IMG/VR virus record: IMGVR_UViG_3300042484_001840
Coordinates: 81,043 to 145,042 of that record
DNA: 64,000 nucleotides
Source: a virus
Strand: one strand, 5' to 3'
The notes beneath the pieces are model-generated. The model made no database searches. It was given only the letters and a program-made list of their open reading frames with translations, and had not been told where the DNA came from. Of the stretch, positions 25,318 to 35,731 are shown one piece after another; position 1 is the stretch's first letter; the number at the start of each line of letters is the position of its first letter. Position numbers and translations under genes: made by a program.

Positions 25318-25769
25318 TTCTCTGCCTTTCTCTCTTCTTTCGGATTACGAACTTGGTAAAGACCTTTTTTGATCTTTCTAAAGTACTGAGGGTTTGATTC
25401 AATAAACTTAAGAATTGTCGGATATGACATTTCGGATAAGTCTGTCAAAAATTGAGTAGTGACGGTTGCTTCAGCGTTGTCATCTAGCCACTTGTAGATT
25501 TCGTCATACTTGTCAACACGCTTAACTTTTGGTTCTAGACCATCAAACTCGGGATTGACCTTGGCAATAATGCTCGGTGGGAACATATATTTACTGAGTG
25601 TTTCAGCGGTGACTTTGCCTTCGTATTTTTGCATGGTGTAGCGAAGGCGAATAATCTCTGACGGCTCCCGCATTTCTTCGGGTGGAACGCTTGTGGCATT
25701 ACCATACTTAGCAATGAGATTTTGAATTGCGATGCGGTATTCGTTTTCGGCGGTTTCAATAGTTGTCAT
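25314..25769 (-). CDS. hypothetical protein with C-terminal winged-helix-like region
   Basis: AAGGA RBS; ...SYPTILKF...FRKIKKGLY. Confidence 0.7.
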   Translation of the reverse strand: MTTIETAENEYRIAIQNLIAKYGNATSVPPEEMREPSEIIRLRYTMQKYEGKVTAETLSKYMFPPSIIAKVNPEFDGLEPKVKRVDKYDEIYKWLDDNAEATVTTQFLTDLSEMSYPTILKFIESNPQYFRKIKKGLYQVRNPKEERKAEK

Positions 25770-25862
25770 AATTGTCCTTTGCTAGTAATCGGTTATGTAT
25801 ATTATGGCATGTCTAAAAGCAAAAAGCAAATAATTATTAAAAATAGCCTCTGACCAGCGGTT

Positions 25863-26195
25863 TTAGTCAACTATGTTTTTGGTGAATTTGCTTTCTTTTA
25901 CCTTTTTGACAATTCTTGAGATGTCATCTTCCGAAGCATCGTCAACAATGAAGAGTTCTGCCGTGGATGTTGACCCAAGGTTCATCTTGTAACAATCCTT
26001 GATAAATTCATATGAATCACTAGCCATACTTTGTTCGCCATTTTTTGTGTAGCGAACAGCAGTTTTCTTATCTTCTAGGAGAACGGCGAACGGAATGTTC
26101 CCATTTTTGTTTTCATAGTAGAAAATTGCTGGATATGTGAATTTTTCTTTCAGATTCTTCTTTGCTCGCTCTGTTACATCAATATCTTGCTTCAT
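25863..26195 (-). CDS. hypothetical protein
   Basis: TGATG overlap with the kinase gene. Confidence 0.7.
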   Translation of the reverse strand: MKQDIDVTERAKKNLKEKFTYPAIFYYENKNGNIPFAVLLEDKKTAVRYTKNGEQSMASDSYEFIKDCYKMNLGSTSTAELFIVDDASEDDISRIVKKVKESKFTKNIVD

Positions 26196-28234
26196 CAGAG
26201 TCCGCCAGTGGAATTGCTTGCGCCGAAGCCCAAGTCACTAAATGTCTCCGTAAGAGCGCCGGGGTTGTCTTCTAGATATTTAAGTCGTGTCATAGCAAGT
26301 GTCCTCATCGCATTCATATGCGCTTTCTCAGTAGGTGTCAATTCTATACCACGACCACTAAGCCTGTCAAGTGAAAAAATCTGGTCAAGTTGGGCACGAA
26401 TTCTTTCTACGGCAATTTTTTGCCCATTATTAAATCGTTCCATTGCTTCATCATCACTAAAAACCCTAGTTCCAAAATCGCCCAAATAATTAAAAAATAT
26501 GTTTCCCCCACTACTTGAATAGTTTGTCGGAGTCATATCTTTGCGATATAGGGCATGTTCGTCAAATTCGGTGCCTAAGACTTCTACATCGTAACCTATT
26601 GACATAAGTTCTGACGCTCGCCCTCCGAACATTAAACCATTGTCAATCACGCCGAGTCGCTGGTCGCCCTTTTCGTCATATGCAACTTTTACATTAAACT
26701 CATGGCGGTCAAGATTGTCAAAAATATAATCAAGCGCAAGAATTTGGGCAACATCTTCAGGACTTACATTGTCTGCGTCAATTCCACCAGCATCGCCAGA
26801 GTCACGCCAAAGTACAGTCTCACCCTCATCGTCCATTTGAGTTTTTAGGGGCACTGTCGTTTCCCATGACTCAATACTCCTCATTGCTGTCCAGCGAACA
26901 CTTCTTCCCTGTGTGTTATTCCAGTCTGGTGATTGAGGGTTAACAACTGGAACCCTTGTCCCTGTACGAATTTCCTTGGAATCATTCCTAGCAGCGAGGT
27001 CAAGAACGGCGGATGCTTCCATCCCGATATTTTCAAGAAGTCCATCGTTAGCGCCAAATGTTGAAGCCTTCATGTACCAGACTTCGCCAGTTTCTTTATC
27101 TTCTACCTTAAATACAGTCCAGAGTCCGCCATACTCATGACCACCATTTGACTCTTTACCTTGATTACCCTTGAGCGCCTTGAATTTAAAACGCTTATTT
27201 TCAAATGTTGTGTCCTTGTCTATCGTGTCTGGTTCAAAGTTCCCAGTCATGATGTCCTCAAATGTGATGTCAACACCCTGAGGATTTAGTAGACCTAGCC
27301 CACTATTTTCATCAATAATAATATTTTCGTCAAAGACTGCGGCTGCAAAAATATCATCATCAAGGTCAGCGACATCGCCACCTCCATAGTGAATATCGGC
27401 TACAGCATTGCGATACTTCTCGTCATCAATTGTACTAATGCGGGTTGGACCAATAAGTTCAGCCTTTGCTTCTTCTGCTCCAGCAAATTGGACCTTGGGC
27501 TTTCCGTATCGCATGACTTCTACGCCATCGGGTACATTTCCAGATCCGCCAATTCTGTTAATAAAATCGTCGTAGTCTCGCTTTGAAAGAACTAATATTT
27601 CCTTATCCGTCTCAACAACATAATGGTCGCCCGAAGTAAATGCGAGTTCTTGTGCTTTTTCGTCAGCACGCTTAAATGCGCGATTTCTATTGATACGAAT
27701 AGGGACACGCTGGTCCTGAGGTAGACCTCGCGCGAGGGCACTAAATGCATCTTCAAAATCTTCTGCTGGCTCTTCTGGAGCACTGGTATCTGCAATGCTC
27801 GCATCAAAACCAAGACGATCTTGTGAAATTTCACTAGATGGCTGTGGAGGGTCAAGAATGTTCTCAACCGATGGAACCCGAGTTTCAAGACCGGGGTATC
27901 CAATTTCCTCAAGCGATGAAGATCCCAGCGATAGCCCACGCTCTGAAAGTGATGGGTATCCAAGTTTTCCTAATTGAGAAGGTTTCCCGCGCTTTTTTGC
28001 AGACGCAGCCGACCCATAGGAAGGCTTGTAGGAAATATCCGCACCGTCAGAACCGACCACCCTCATTGAGGGACGGTTCATTGAGGTTAATCCCCGCTGA
28101 ACCTCATTGCCAATTTCGTCAAGTAAGCGACTCCCAGCAGGGCGTTCCCATGCTGTACCTTCTTGGACAATGCCGTCATTGTCAGCATCTATGGCATCTG
28201 GGTCATAGGGTTCTACGCGGAGTTTTAGTGCCAT
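26195..28234 (-). CDS. 679-aa protein with C-terminal HipA/PI3-PI4-kinase-like domain
   Basis: WYMK, DYIFDNLDRHEFN, VIDNG catalytic motifs; N-terminal DADNDGIVQEG motif. Confidence 0.75.
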   Translation of the reverse strand: MALKLRVEPYDPDAIDADNDGIVQEGTAWERPAGSRLLDEIGNEVQRGLTSMNRPSMRVVGSDGADISYKPSYGSAASAKKRGKPSQLGKLGYPSLSERGLSLGSSSLEEIGYPGLETRVPSVENILDPPQPSSEISQDRLGFDASIADTSAPEEPAEDFEDAFSALARGLPQDQRVPIRINRNRAFKRADEKAQELAFTSGDHYVVETDKEILVLSKRDYDDFINRIGGSGNVPDGVEVMRYGKPKVQFAGAEEAKAELIGPTRISTIDDEKYRNAVADIHYGGGDVADLDDDIFAAAVFDENIIIDENSGLGLLNPQGVDITFEDIMTGNFEPDTIDKDTTFENKRFKFKALKGNQGKESNGGHEYGGLWTVFKVEDKETGEVWYMKASTFGANDGLLENIGMEASAVLDLAARNDSKEIRTGTRVPVVNPQSPDWNNTQGRSVRWTAMRSIESWETTVPLKTQMDDEGETVLWRDSGDAGGIDADNVSPEDVAQILALDYIFDNLDRHEFNVKVAYDEKGDQRLGVIDNGLMFGGRASELMSIGYDVEVLGTEFDEHALYRKDMTPTNYSSSGGNIFFNYLGDFGTRVFSDDEAMERFNNGQKIAVERIRAQLDQIFSLDRLSGRGIELTPTEKAHMNAMRTLAMTRLKYLEDNPGALTETFSDLGFGASNSTGGL

Positions 28235-28246
28235 AGGTTAACTATT

Positions 28247-28612
28247 TTACTCTTTTTTCTGTTGACTGACAGGTTCCCAACCTTGTTCACAAAAAGAATG
28301 ATGAAGCGTTTTGAAATGACCGTGTTTACCCTTGCGCATAAGTTCGCCAGGTTTCCCTGTTACTTCACAAGTTAAAAGGGAGATCCGTTCTGCATTTCGT
28401 ATTAAGCCATCAATTCGTTCGCTGAATTCAGGATTTGAAGGTGCGTAGTAAAATCGTAAACCACCAAATTTTTCTTTAATTTGGTAGATCTTATAATCTG
28501 GGTCTATTTTGAGAATATCATTATGTAGTCGCTCAATCAGCGGGAACCAACCCTCATCACAACTAACTGTTGCGGGAAATGTTGGGTGGAATCTTAGTAA
28601 AATATCTTCCAT
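28247..28612 (-). CDS. conserved phage protein (QxKEKFGGLRFY family)
   Basis: GW...QIKEKFGGLRFY...CEVTGKPG. Confidence 0.8.
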   Translation of the reverse strand: MEDILLRFHPTFPATVSCDEGWFPLIERLHNDILKIDPDYKIYQIKEKFGGLRFYYAPSNPEFSERIDGLIRNAERISLLTCEVTGKPGELMRKGKHGHFKTLHHSFCEQGWEPVSQQKKE

Positions 28613-28635
28613 AAAATCCTTATCGTTTATTTTGC

Positions 28636-29256
28636 TTAAAAATCATATTGCAAAAAATACCCTGCTGTCTCGTGTAAGCCAACAGAAATTGCTAGATGAA
28701 ATGTATCTATGTCTTCTGGAATTATACCAGTTTCCATATTTAAAATTTCTTGCGCTTCGCTAATATATTCATTATTTCTAAGTACAGTAGGGTCTTCCGA
28801 ATGGACCAAAGCGCCCCATGTAACCTTTTTACCTAATTTTATCTTAAATGGTATAGCGCATAAATCTATAGTGTCTACATCAACATAATTTATTGTTAAG
28901 CATTCATTAACTCCGCTTTTTGGATCAAGAAATGCCTCTACTAGGTTTTTGTCGCGGGTTAGTTCGGGGTTTTTAGACATATACCCCTCTGCTAGGACGG
29001 TGAATGAATCACAATGCCACCCTCGCCTGAGTGCATTATATGCATCGTGCGTGCGCTCAATCTTTTCATCGTCATCGCTCATAAAAGATGTGTCCATTTG
29101 CGCCACGCAAACAAGTTCATCATCGCGCCATCCAAAAATATTCATGGCTAGTTCTTCACCGATACCGTGGTCTTTGACAACTTGCGTTTTAGCAGCCTGA
29201 CCAACAGCGAGTGTCAAACTAATCTTTGAAATAGAATCTGGATATTTTCCCTGCAT
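28636..29256 (-). CDS. hypothetical protein
   Basis: 206-aa ORF. Confidence 0.75.
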   Translation of the reverse strand: MQGKYPDSISKISLTLAVGQAAKTQVVKDHGIGEELAMNIFGWRDDELVCVAQMDTSFMSDDDEKIERTHDAYNALRRGWHCDSFTVLAEGYMSKNPELTRDKNLVEAFLDPKSGVNECLTINYVDVDTIDLCAIPFKIKLGKKVTWGALVHSEDPTVLRNNEYISEAQEILNMETGIIPEDIDTFHLAISVGLHETAGYFLQYDF

Positions 29257-29336
29257 ATAGACAACTTAGTAGGAAAATAGTATGGGTGGGGGGAACCTTC
29301 CACTAGCGGTCAAAGTAATCCACTAATGTTTCGTTT

Positions 29337-29660
29337 ATGACACAGAGCAATAATCCCAAAAAGAAGGCAGTAGCCAAAAAAACTACTGTCCCCAAAAAAG
29401 CAACAGCAAAGAAAACCAGTCCTTCACTAGCCCCAGCAAAGCGTGGTCGCCCACCGAAGAAGAAGGCAGAAGAAGTTGTTGAGGAAATCAACAATGCAGT
29501 AGATTCAGCACAAGATACTGTTACTGAAATTGTTGAAGAAAAAATTGATCAGGCTTTTGCCTTGATTGATGATTTGGTTGAATATGTTGTTACACCAGAA
29601 AACATCAAAAAGGCAAATCGGGTACAACGATTTTTCCGTTCACTTTTTAAGCGTAAGTAA
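29337..29660 (+). CDS. Lys-rich, AT-hook-containing nucleoid-like protein
   Basis: KKAVAKK/KKATAKK repeats and KRGRPPKK. Confidence 0.7.
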   Translation: MTQSNNPKKKAVAKKTTVPKKATAKKTSPSLAPAKRGRPPKKKAEEVVEEINNAVDSAQDTVTEIVEEKIDQAFALIDDLVEYVVTPENIKKANRVQRFFRSLFKRK

Positions 29661-29662
29661 AA

Positions 29663-29980
29663 CTATTTAATATTTTTCCCGCACTTCATACAGCGCGTTC
29701 CCCACGGAAACCATTTTAGTGTTTCCGCTGGGTGACCACACTCAAGGATGCCTATTGCCATCTTGTTTGCTGCGTTGCGTAAAAATTCACTGAGAGTAAT
29801 GTTTTCTTTGTCTGCAGCGCGCTTCCAGTAAGCGTGATCTTCGTCTGTTGTCCTAATTAAAACTTGTTTTGTAGCAGTAGAACCATCTTCTGCTCCAGTA
29901 TTAGGCTTGCGAGTGGGCGTAATTGTTTCAGCAACTTTAGCCATGGCTGCTTCTACATTGTCAATATTTTCGTCATTCAT
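29663..29980 (-). CDS. ribbon-helix-helix-like DNA-binding protein with C-terminal Zn motif
   Basis: QVLIR...WKRAA...LSEFLR; CxH...CxxC. Confidence 0.7.
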   Translation of the reverse strand: MNDENIDNVEAAMAKVAETITPTRKPNTGAEDGSTATKQVLIRTTDEDHAYWKRAADKENITLSEFLRNAANKMAIGILECGHPAETLKWFPWGTRCMKCGKNIK

Positions 29981-30611
29981 AAACTGTTTCCTCATCGTCG
30001 TCTATATCTGCTGTCTGCGCTTCAATTTCCGCAAGGGAAGGCAAAGCCCTAACATTTTCTCCTAGAATTTGCTTAACCGTATCAGATGGAAGTACTCCAG
30101 ATAATCCCATAAGTTCAAGAAGTGCTCGCGCCTCTGTCTCGGGGTTAAATTTATTGATTTCTGCTGGTCCAGCATTGGAAGTACCAGCAAGAATAGCCCG
30201 TGGCAAACTATCTATTGTCTCCACTGTCAGGTTGACGGTCTGTTGCTCCATGCCTAGTAGTTTTGCTCGCCTGTCCATAATTCCAAGTACCTGTTGTATT
30301 GCCTTCAAATCTGGCTCTACGGTAATTTCAGTACCATCATCTAGCGTGGTTTTACGGTGCTGGGTTAGCGGCCAGATTGCTTGTTGCAATGCGTCTAGTC
30401 GCTCTAATTCCATGCGAAGCACTTCGGGATATGCCATTAGTGCTTCTTTATTCATTTTTTCCAGTTGACGCTTAATAGCAGCATTAACTGATTGGGTCGT
30501 AATATTGAAACGCCGACCAATTTCCTGCGGAGAAACACCTGCTTGACGCATCTTGAAAATACGCAAATCGCGTTCAGCCAAAAATTCTTTTGTCAAGCCT
30601 TTGCTACTCAT
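29973..30611 (-). CDS. HTH protein, terminase small subunit-like
   Basis: N-terminal HTH; LERLDAL...W...AIxxVLxIMDRRAKLLG. Confidence 0.65.
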   Translation of the reverse strand: MSSKGLTKEFLAERDLRIFKMRQAGVSPQEIGRRFNITTQSVNAAIKRQLEKMNKEALMAYPEVLRMELERLDALQQAIWPLTQHRKTTLDDGTEITVEPDLKAIQQVLGIMDRRAKLLGMEQQTVNLTVETIDSLPRAILAGTSNAGPAEINKFNPETEARALLELMGLSGVLPSDTVKQILGENVRALPSLAEIEAQTADIDDDEETVYE

Positions 30612-32323
30612 CAGTCACCTTCTAGGAATTCTAGCACTTCAAACGGAAATACCTTCCCACGCTTCATTTTAGTCGGCCATCTACGCTGGTCACGGGCACC
30701 TCGGAAGTGTCTGACCTCGTAAACATAGCCATCAACTGATGTTGGATCTGGCTGTAAGGACAAGCCAAATTCAGGCCAGCGTGACCATACGGCGGAACCA
30801 AATGGTCGTAGATCTCTTGATGCCATGGCGCTACCAAGCGGAGCATGATGCTCAAACCAAAAGGCGCACTTAAAATACTCACGAAGAGTGTCAAAGTATT
30901 TAGCAATCTCAATTGCTACCGATTCGCTTGTTCTTCCGCCTGGGTCAATAAATGACTTATAAATAGGACCAAGGAATACAATGTCAGGCTTAACTATTTC
31001 AAGTTTTTCCTCAATCATCATCCTGTCCTGCATTCTCATCAAGTCAATACCGTCAGGCTTGATAAGTAGATGGGCATCAGGAACATGCTTATTGCCGTAA
31101 TGCAATGTCGCATTATAGATATTTCGCGATGTTCGCCTAATGATTCTTTCTGGGTTTTCCAAGTCAATCATGAGAGTACGCATAGGTGGAATTGCCTCAA
31201 AGGTAAAAGGATGCAGACCAGAGGAAACGCAAAGTGCCACCTGTCGTGCAAGCATTGTTTTTCCAACACCCTCGGCAGCAACAACCATAACTCGCTCGCC
31301 ACGCTCTAGGAGACCAGGTATAACCCAATCGTATGTATCCGTCTCTGACTCATTAACGAATTCTCCCCACTCAACTAATCGTCCCTCGTTCTTTACTGCC
31401 ACCACCTGAGGGTCTAATTCAAGAAGAATTCTTTCAGCACGCTGGATTTTTGCTTGATGGGATAAATTATCTTTCTCAAATAATTTGTGAAGTTTGTCTA
31501 AGACTGGCGCATATGGATCGTGAGCCTCAGGCTCATCTACCATTTGATCAAAATCACGCAAGTCCTCAAGTTTCCCGCCACCCTTAAGAAGATCAGTTAC
31601 ATCTTTTACCTTGTCGGCAATTTTAACTGAGACTTGACACTCTGCTTGGATTAATCTATTTGAAACATCAATAGCGTGCTTTTTACCAACTTCATCGTTG
31701 TCAGCAACTATGACGATCTTTGCACCAGCAAGTGTCTCGGTGTGAATGTCTAGCCATTTACCAGCACCGCCCGGCATTGTTGTTGCAGGTATTCCCATTT
31801 TAATAAGGGTATTTGAGTCCTTTTCACCCTCAACTACCCAAATTGTTTCGTCTGCATCACGAGCAGCACAAATCATTGGCAAGTTATATAGGACTTTTTC
31901 AATCCCATCAAGATTCATTACCCATTCGCCACTTACTGGGTCTACACGGCGTTGACGGAATGTTTTTTTACCATCCTCATCAACAAATCTTTGTTTTTGA
32001 AATAGTAATTCACCCAAAGCATCACGATAATCGTAAGTTTCTACGAGGGTTAATCTTTGTTTCTTTTTTGGAATATCTTTCGGTGGCATTAGATCAGAAA
32101 CTGTCATTCCAACCGACCCACAAATAGTTTCCACATCACACGGAATTCCGCGGTGACATGTAACTAGGACGCGACCATCAGTACCTTGACCAATTGAAAG
32201 GGATGGGTTTTTATCATCATTTCTACACGGGCATTGTGCTGACCAATTTTGACCGTTTTGTTTTACGCCATTAAGTTTTGATAGAAATTTCTCTACCTCT
32301 GATGAAGTATTTTCCCTTGCCAT
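30611..32323 (-). CDS. DNA primase-helicase (Zn finger + TOPRIM + AAA_25/RepA-like)
   Basis: CPC..D..PSLS, VEGEKD, DNDxxG, AEGVGKT Walker A. Confidence 0.9.
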   Translation of the reverse strand: MARENTSSEVEKFLSKLNGVKQNGQNWSAQCPCRNDDKNPSLSIGQGTDGRVLVTCHRGIPCDVETICGSVGMTVSDLMPPKDIPKKKQRLTLVETYDYRDALGELLFQKQRFVDEDGKKTFRQRRVDPVSGEWVMNLDGIEKVLYNLPMICAARDADETIWVVEGEKDSNTLIKMGIPATTMPGGAGKWLDIHTETLAGAKIVIVADNDEVGKKHAIDVSNRLIQAECQVSVKIADKVKDVTDLLKGGGKLEDLRDFDQMVDEPEAHDPYAPVLDKLHKLFEKDNLSHQAKIQRAERILLELDPQVVAVKNEGRLVEWGEFVNESETDTYDWVIPGLLERGERVMVVAAEGVGKTMLARQVALCVSSGLHPFTFEAIPPMRTLMIDLENPERIIRRTSRNIYNATLHYGNKHVPDAHLLIKPDGIDLMRMQDRMMIEEKLEIVKPDIVFLGPIYKSFIDPGGRTSESVAIEIAKYFDTLREYFKCAFWFEHHAPLGSAMASRDLRPFGSAVWSRWPEFGLSLQPDPTSVDGYVYEVRHFRGARDQRRWPTKMKRGKVFPFEVLEFLEGD

Positions 32324-32365
32324 AATGTCCTCTTGTTTAGCATAGAACTACTAGAAGGACGCAGA

Positions 32366-33043
32366 TTACGGCGCTTTTCTTCCATTAGCAATAAATGAAT
32401 TATATGTCGCTGGCATTTGTTCGGCAAGGATTTGCTCTAATGCATTGGCATAGTCACGAATTTCTTTTTGTGCATGCGAGTCTGCCCTTAGTTCAATGAA
32501 GTTCATCAAAGAACGAGCATTACATGTTGCGTAGAACTGAGTAAATGTCCCTACAGGAAGAACAACACGAGCAAGTTCCTTAGCAACACCAAGTTCTAAA
32601 AGTAAACGATACGAATCATAAGCATGAAGCATGAGTCCGTTCATTATCTCTGACGCATCAACCGCAATATCCTCATTTAGTGGTTCAAAAGAGTAGCGAC
32701 CAGGTACGCCAACTTGCGTACGAAAATCTTCAATTTCTGGGATAAAAAACTCATCGGTCATTTCTGCATACCGCGCTGAAAATTCGTTATACGACCAGCC
32801 GATTCTGTGACGGAACCATTCTCTTGTTACAAAAATAGGTGCCTTGATATGAAGTCTAAAAAAGTTATGTTCAAATGGCGTGCCGTGCTGATTTTTTAAA
32901 AGATAGTTAATGAGTCCAATGTCTCCATCGGAAATTTCCTCTACGCGCTTTCCAAAAGACACTCGCGCACTATTCACAACACTTCTGTCATCAGCCATTA
33001 CTGCGTCTAGGCGTACAAAACCGCCACCTGCTATTTCAATCAT
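32366..33043 (-). CDS. thyX: flavin-dependent thymidylate synthase
   Basis: HGTPFEH, RHR...SARY, ELARxVLP, NARSLMNF, AQKEIR. Confidence 0.95.
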   Translation of the reverse strand: MIEIAGGGFVRLDAVMADDRSVVNSARVSFGKRVEEISDGDIGLINYLLKNQHGTPFEHNFFRLHIKAPIFVTREWFRHRIGWSYNEFSARYAEMTDEFFIPEIEDFRTQVGVPGRYSFEPLNEDIAVDASEIMNGLMLHAYDSYRLLLELGVAKELARVVLPVGTFTQFYATCNARSLMNFIELRADSHAQKEIRDYANALEQILAEQMPATYNSFIANGRKAP

Positions 33044-33297
33044 TTTGATATTGCACTCACTCTCCGTGAAACACCTCGTTCTATCGGTGTTTTTCCTCCC
33101 CAAATACCAAAAATTTCTTTATTCTCTAAAGCGGACAACAAGCATTGTTCCCTGACTTTACATATACCGCAAAGTGTTTTTGCCTGAACCATCAACTTAC
33201 GACTTTCGCGACTGTTCATTTCTTTTGGGTACCACCATTCTTGTGGTTGCCCCTTGCACATGGCATCTTTAGCCCAATCGTTATTTTTGAATTCCAT
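33040..33297 (-). CDS. whiB: WhiB-family Fe-S transcription factor (second copy)
   Basis: WxxxAxC...CxxCxV..C...GIWGGKTPxER; GGAGG RBS. Confidence 0.9.
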   Translation of the reverse strand: MEFKNNDWAKDAMCKGQPQEWWYPKEMNSRESRKLMVQAKTLCGICKVREQCLLSALENKEIFGIWGGKTPIERGVSRRVSAISK

Positions 33298-33463
33298 TTT
33301 GCCTCCTTGGAAATGAAGAATTGATCTTACGCACAATGTTTTTCAATGTCAAGTATTTGCGATTTAAATATTTACTTTTACTCCGAGAAGGCGCAATCCA
33401 ATTTTTGTATTCAGGATTATTCGTAAAATCTTTGTACCTGAAATACTGATTGCTATCGTTCAC
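33281..33463 (-). CDS. small basic hypothetical protein
   Basis: Operonic overlaps on both sides. Confidence 0.45.
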   Translation of the reverse strand: MNDSNQYFRYKDFTNNPEYKNWIAPSRSKSKYLNRKYLTLKNIVRKINSSFPRRQNGIQK

Positions 33464-34584
33464 AGTTCCCCAAATAAAGATAACTGTTCTTGCTTTTCGG
33501 AATGAGCCTTTACTGCTTCGTTGACTCGCTTATCAATAAGCGTTAAGTATTCAGGGTTTAACTCTATGGCAACGCCTTTTCTGTCATTCAAAATTGCAAC
33601 AGCAACAGTTGTTCCAGATCCACCAAAAGGATCAATTACAGTTCCGTCTGGCGGACAACCAGCAAGAATGCAAGGTTCAATAAGGTCTGGTGGGAAAGCG
33701 GCAAAGTGTGCGCCCTTGTATGGTCGCGTTGCTACTGTCCACACTGATCTTTTATTCTTGAATTCTCCCGTAGCGCCTGACATGTTATTCATTGCTGTAC
33801 CACGGCGTGAGTCTTTTCGTGCACCCCTATTATCGCCTGCATAAACTGCTGGCTCTTTGATTGCGTCAGCATCAAAGTAGTAGTGAGGATTCTTGGATAG
33901 TAAGAAAATATACTCGTGCGCTTTTGTGCACCTATCTTTTACAGACTCAGGCATTGGGTTCGGCTTGTGCCAAATAATGTCTTGGCGTAAATACCAACCA
34001 TCAGCCTGCAATGCAAGTGCTACTCGCCAAGGAATTCCTACAAGGTCTTTTGGCTTTAGACCATCGGAAATTCTGTTAGTTATCGTTTCTCGTGGATTGC
34101 CAAATCCAGCCCTGCCTCCATTGCTGGCGCGCGAATTATTCCCTGCGTATGAATCACCAAGATTCAACCAAAGCGTTCCATCATCTTTAAGCACTCGTCG
34201 TAGTTCTCTAAATACCAAGACCATTTGCTCAACGAATTCATCGGGGGATTGCTCTAAGCCAATTTGTTGATCAATTCTAGTTGCTCCGCACAAATGGCAG
34301 TTGTCTGATGCTCCGCCCCTATTCGCCACCTCTGGTCGTAGTACTTGAGTCCCACGCTTTGGGTCGTTCCATTTGGTTGGCATGGAAATTGTATGTTCAC
34401 AGTCGGGTTCGCCACCTTCCCACTCTGCTGTGCCATAGTCGCGAAGCCCCCAATAGGGTGGAGAAGTTACACAGCAATTAATGCTTTTTTCTGGCAACAG
34501 CGACAATACTTCTCGGCAGTCGCCATTATAAATGCGATATTTCTCGCCCTCTAATGCGGGTAAAATGTCCAATTTGGTCTCCAA
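33460..34584 (-). CDS. DNA amino-methyltransferase (N6/N4 beta class, probably m4C)
   Basis: TSPPY motif IV; DPFGGSGT motif I. Confidence 0.92.
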   Translation of the reverse strand: METKLDILPALEGEKYRIYNGDCREVLSLLPEKSINCCVTSPPYWGLRDYGTAEWEGGEPDCEHTISMPTKWNDPKRGTQVLRPEVANRGGASDNCHLCGATRIDQQIGLEQSPDEFVEQMVLVFRELRRVLKDDGTLWLNLGDSYAGNNSRASNGGRAGFGNPRETITNRISDGLKPKDLVGIPWRVALALQADGWYLRQDIIWHKPNPMPESVKDRCTKAHEYIFLLSKNPHYYFDADAIKEPAVYAGDNRGARKDSRRGTAMNNMSGATGEFKNKRSVWTVATRPYKGAHFAAFPPDLIEPCILAGCPPDGTVIDPFGGSGTTVAVAILNDRKGVAIELNPEYLTLIDKRVNEAVKAHSEKQEQLSLFGEL

Positions 34585-34666
34585 TAGTTAAGATAAATGT
34601 GAAAATACATACAAAAGCAAATATGCTGACGCTACCAAGGCAGTAATTTCTTGCCAGTCTCGCATT

Positions 34667-35044
34667 TTAGAATCCTTGTGATTTTGCTTCATCAGTTAAC
34701 GCCTTCCTATAGTCCTGCCACTCTGTAATTGGCGAGATATCAATTTCTGACATCAGACTAGGGTCAGTGAATACTAGGCGGTCATAGAGCGCCTGAGATA
34801 GGTCTGCAAGCGATTGCGCATGGTCTGTCTCTGTTGAGTACAAAGAAAATCCACTCACCGCCATTGCCATCAATACCAAGAGTGAACGGGATGCCGTAGA
34901 AATGACCTGAGCGTCTTCTTCAGACATGTTTTCATACTTGCCAATTTTGCCCAGTAGTGTAGATGTTGCTAGAATATAGTCAACCATGTCTTCATCTGGC
35001 GGACGGAATTCAGTATTAAATAAATTCTCTGGAGTATCAGGCAT
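34667..35044 (-). CDS. hypothetical protein
   Basis: ORF, GGAG RBS. Confidence 0.65.
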   Translation of the reverse strand: MPDTPENLFNTEFRPPDEDMVDYILATSTLLGKIGKYENMSEEDAQVISTASRSLLVLMAMAVSGFSLYSTETDHAQSLADLSQALYDRLVFTDPSLMSEIDISPITEWQDYRKALTDEAKSQGF

Positions 35045-35262
35045 TACTTGCTCCTCGTTTGTAGGGTTGAATCTCTAAATGAACCTATTGCCCTCTGAAC
35101 TAACGAATTAGAAGCCAAGTCTGGGTATATTTTTACACAATTAAAGAGTGCATCAACTAGTTCTTTATTAATACTAGCAAGATGATCTTGTTCGGTTAGT
35201 TTTTTTCTTTTTGCGTAAAACATTCGGCAACAGTAATCAGGGAAGATGCGCTTGTCAAGCAT
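35044..35262 (-). CDS. hypothetical protein
   Basis: TAATG overlap; start uncertain. Confidence 0.5.
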   Translation of the reverse strand: MLDKRIFPDYCCRMFYAKRKKLTEQDHLASINKELVDALFNCVKIYPDLASNSLVQRAIGSFRDSTLQTRSK

Positions 35263-35385
35263 TTGAATGACTGTAAAAATAAAATTGAAAAATATTCTTA
35301 CAGAAGTTGCATAATTATTTGACTGTAGGTACTATGTACTCGTGGTTAGAACCACAACAACTACAAACATTTAGGAGAAACTATT

Positions 35386-35637
35386 ATGGCAACAGAGTTT
35401 GAAAAACTTGCGAGCAGTCCAACTGGGATGCGCCGTGGACGCATTAGTCGTCTTACGGCGGAACAGAAGGCTGAAAAACTTGTTGAGACAAAGGCAAAGA
35501 ATCGTCTTCGCAACGAAGCGCGTCGCCGTGCTCACATCGTCTTACAGTATCGCTACCAGAGCGAATTTGAACAATTGATTGAATCAGAAATGAAGAATTT
35601 GATTGCTAACGATCCTCGTTACGCAACAATTTCCTGA
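35386..35637 (+). CDS. small basic helical protein, possible DNA binder
   Basis: AGGAG RBS; ARRRA...EFEQLI; followed by a terminator. Confidence 0.75.
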   Translation: MATEFEKLASSPTGMRRGRISRLTAEQKAEKLVETKAKNRLRNEARRRAHIVLQYRYQSEFEQLIESEMKNLIANDPRYATIS

Positions 35638-35657
35638 AAATAAAAAATATGTGGCGG

Positions 35658-35684
35658 GAGGCACCCTTCGGGGTGTCTTTTTGC
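35658..35684 (+). terminator. rho-independent terminator
   Basis: GGCACCC-TTCG-GGGTGTC followed by a T-run. Confidence 0.8.
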
Positions 35685-35731
35685 TTTATAAGGTCTAACG
35701 GCAAAACCCCGTTGTGATGTACCATCTTTAG

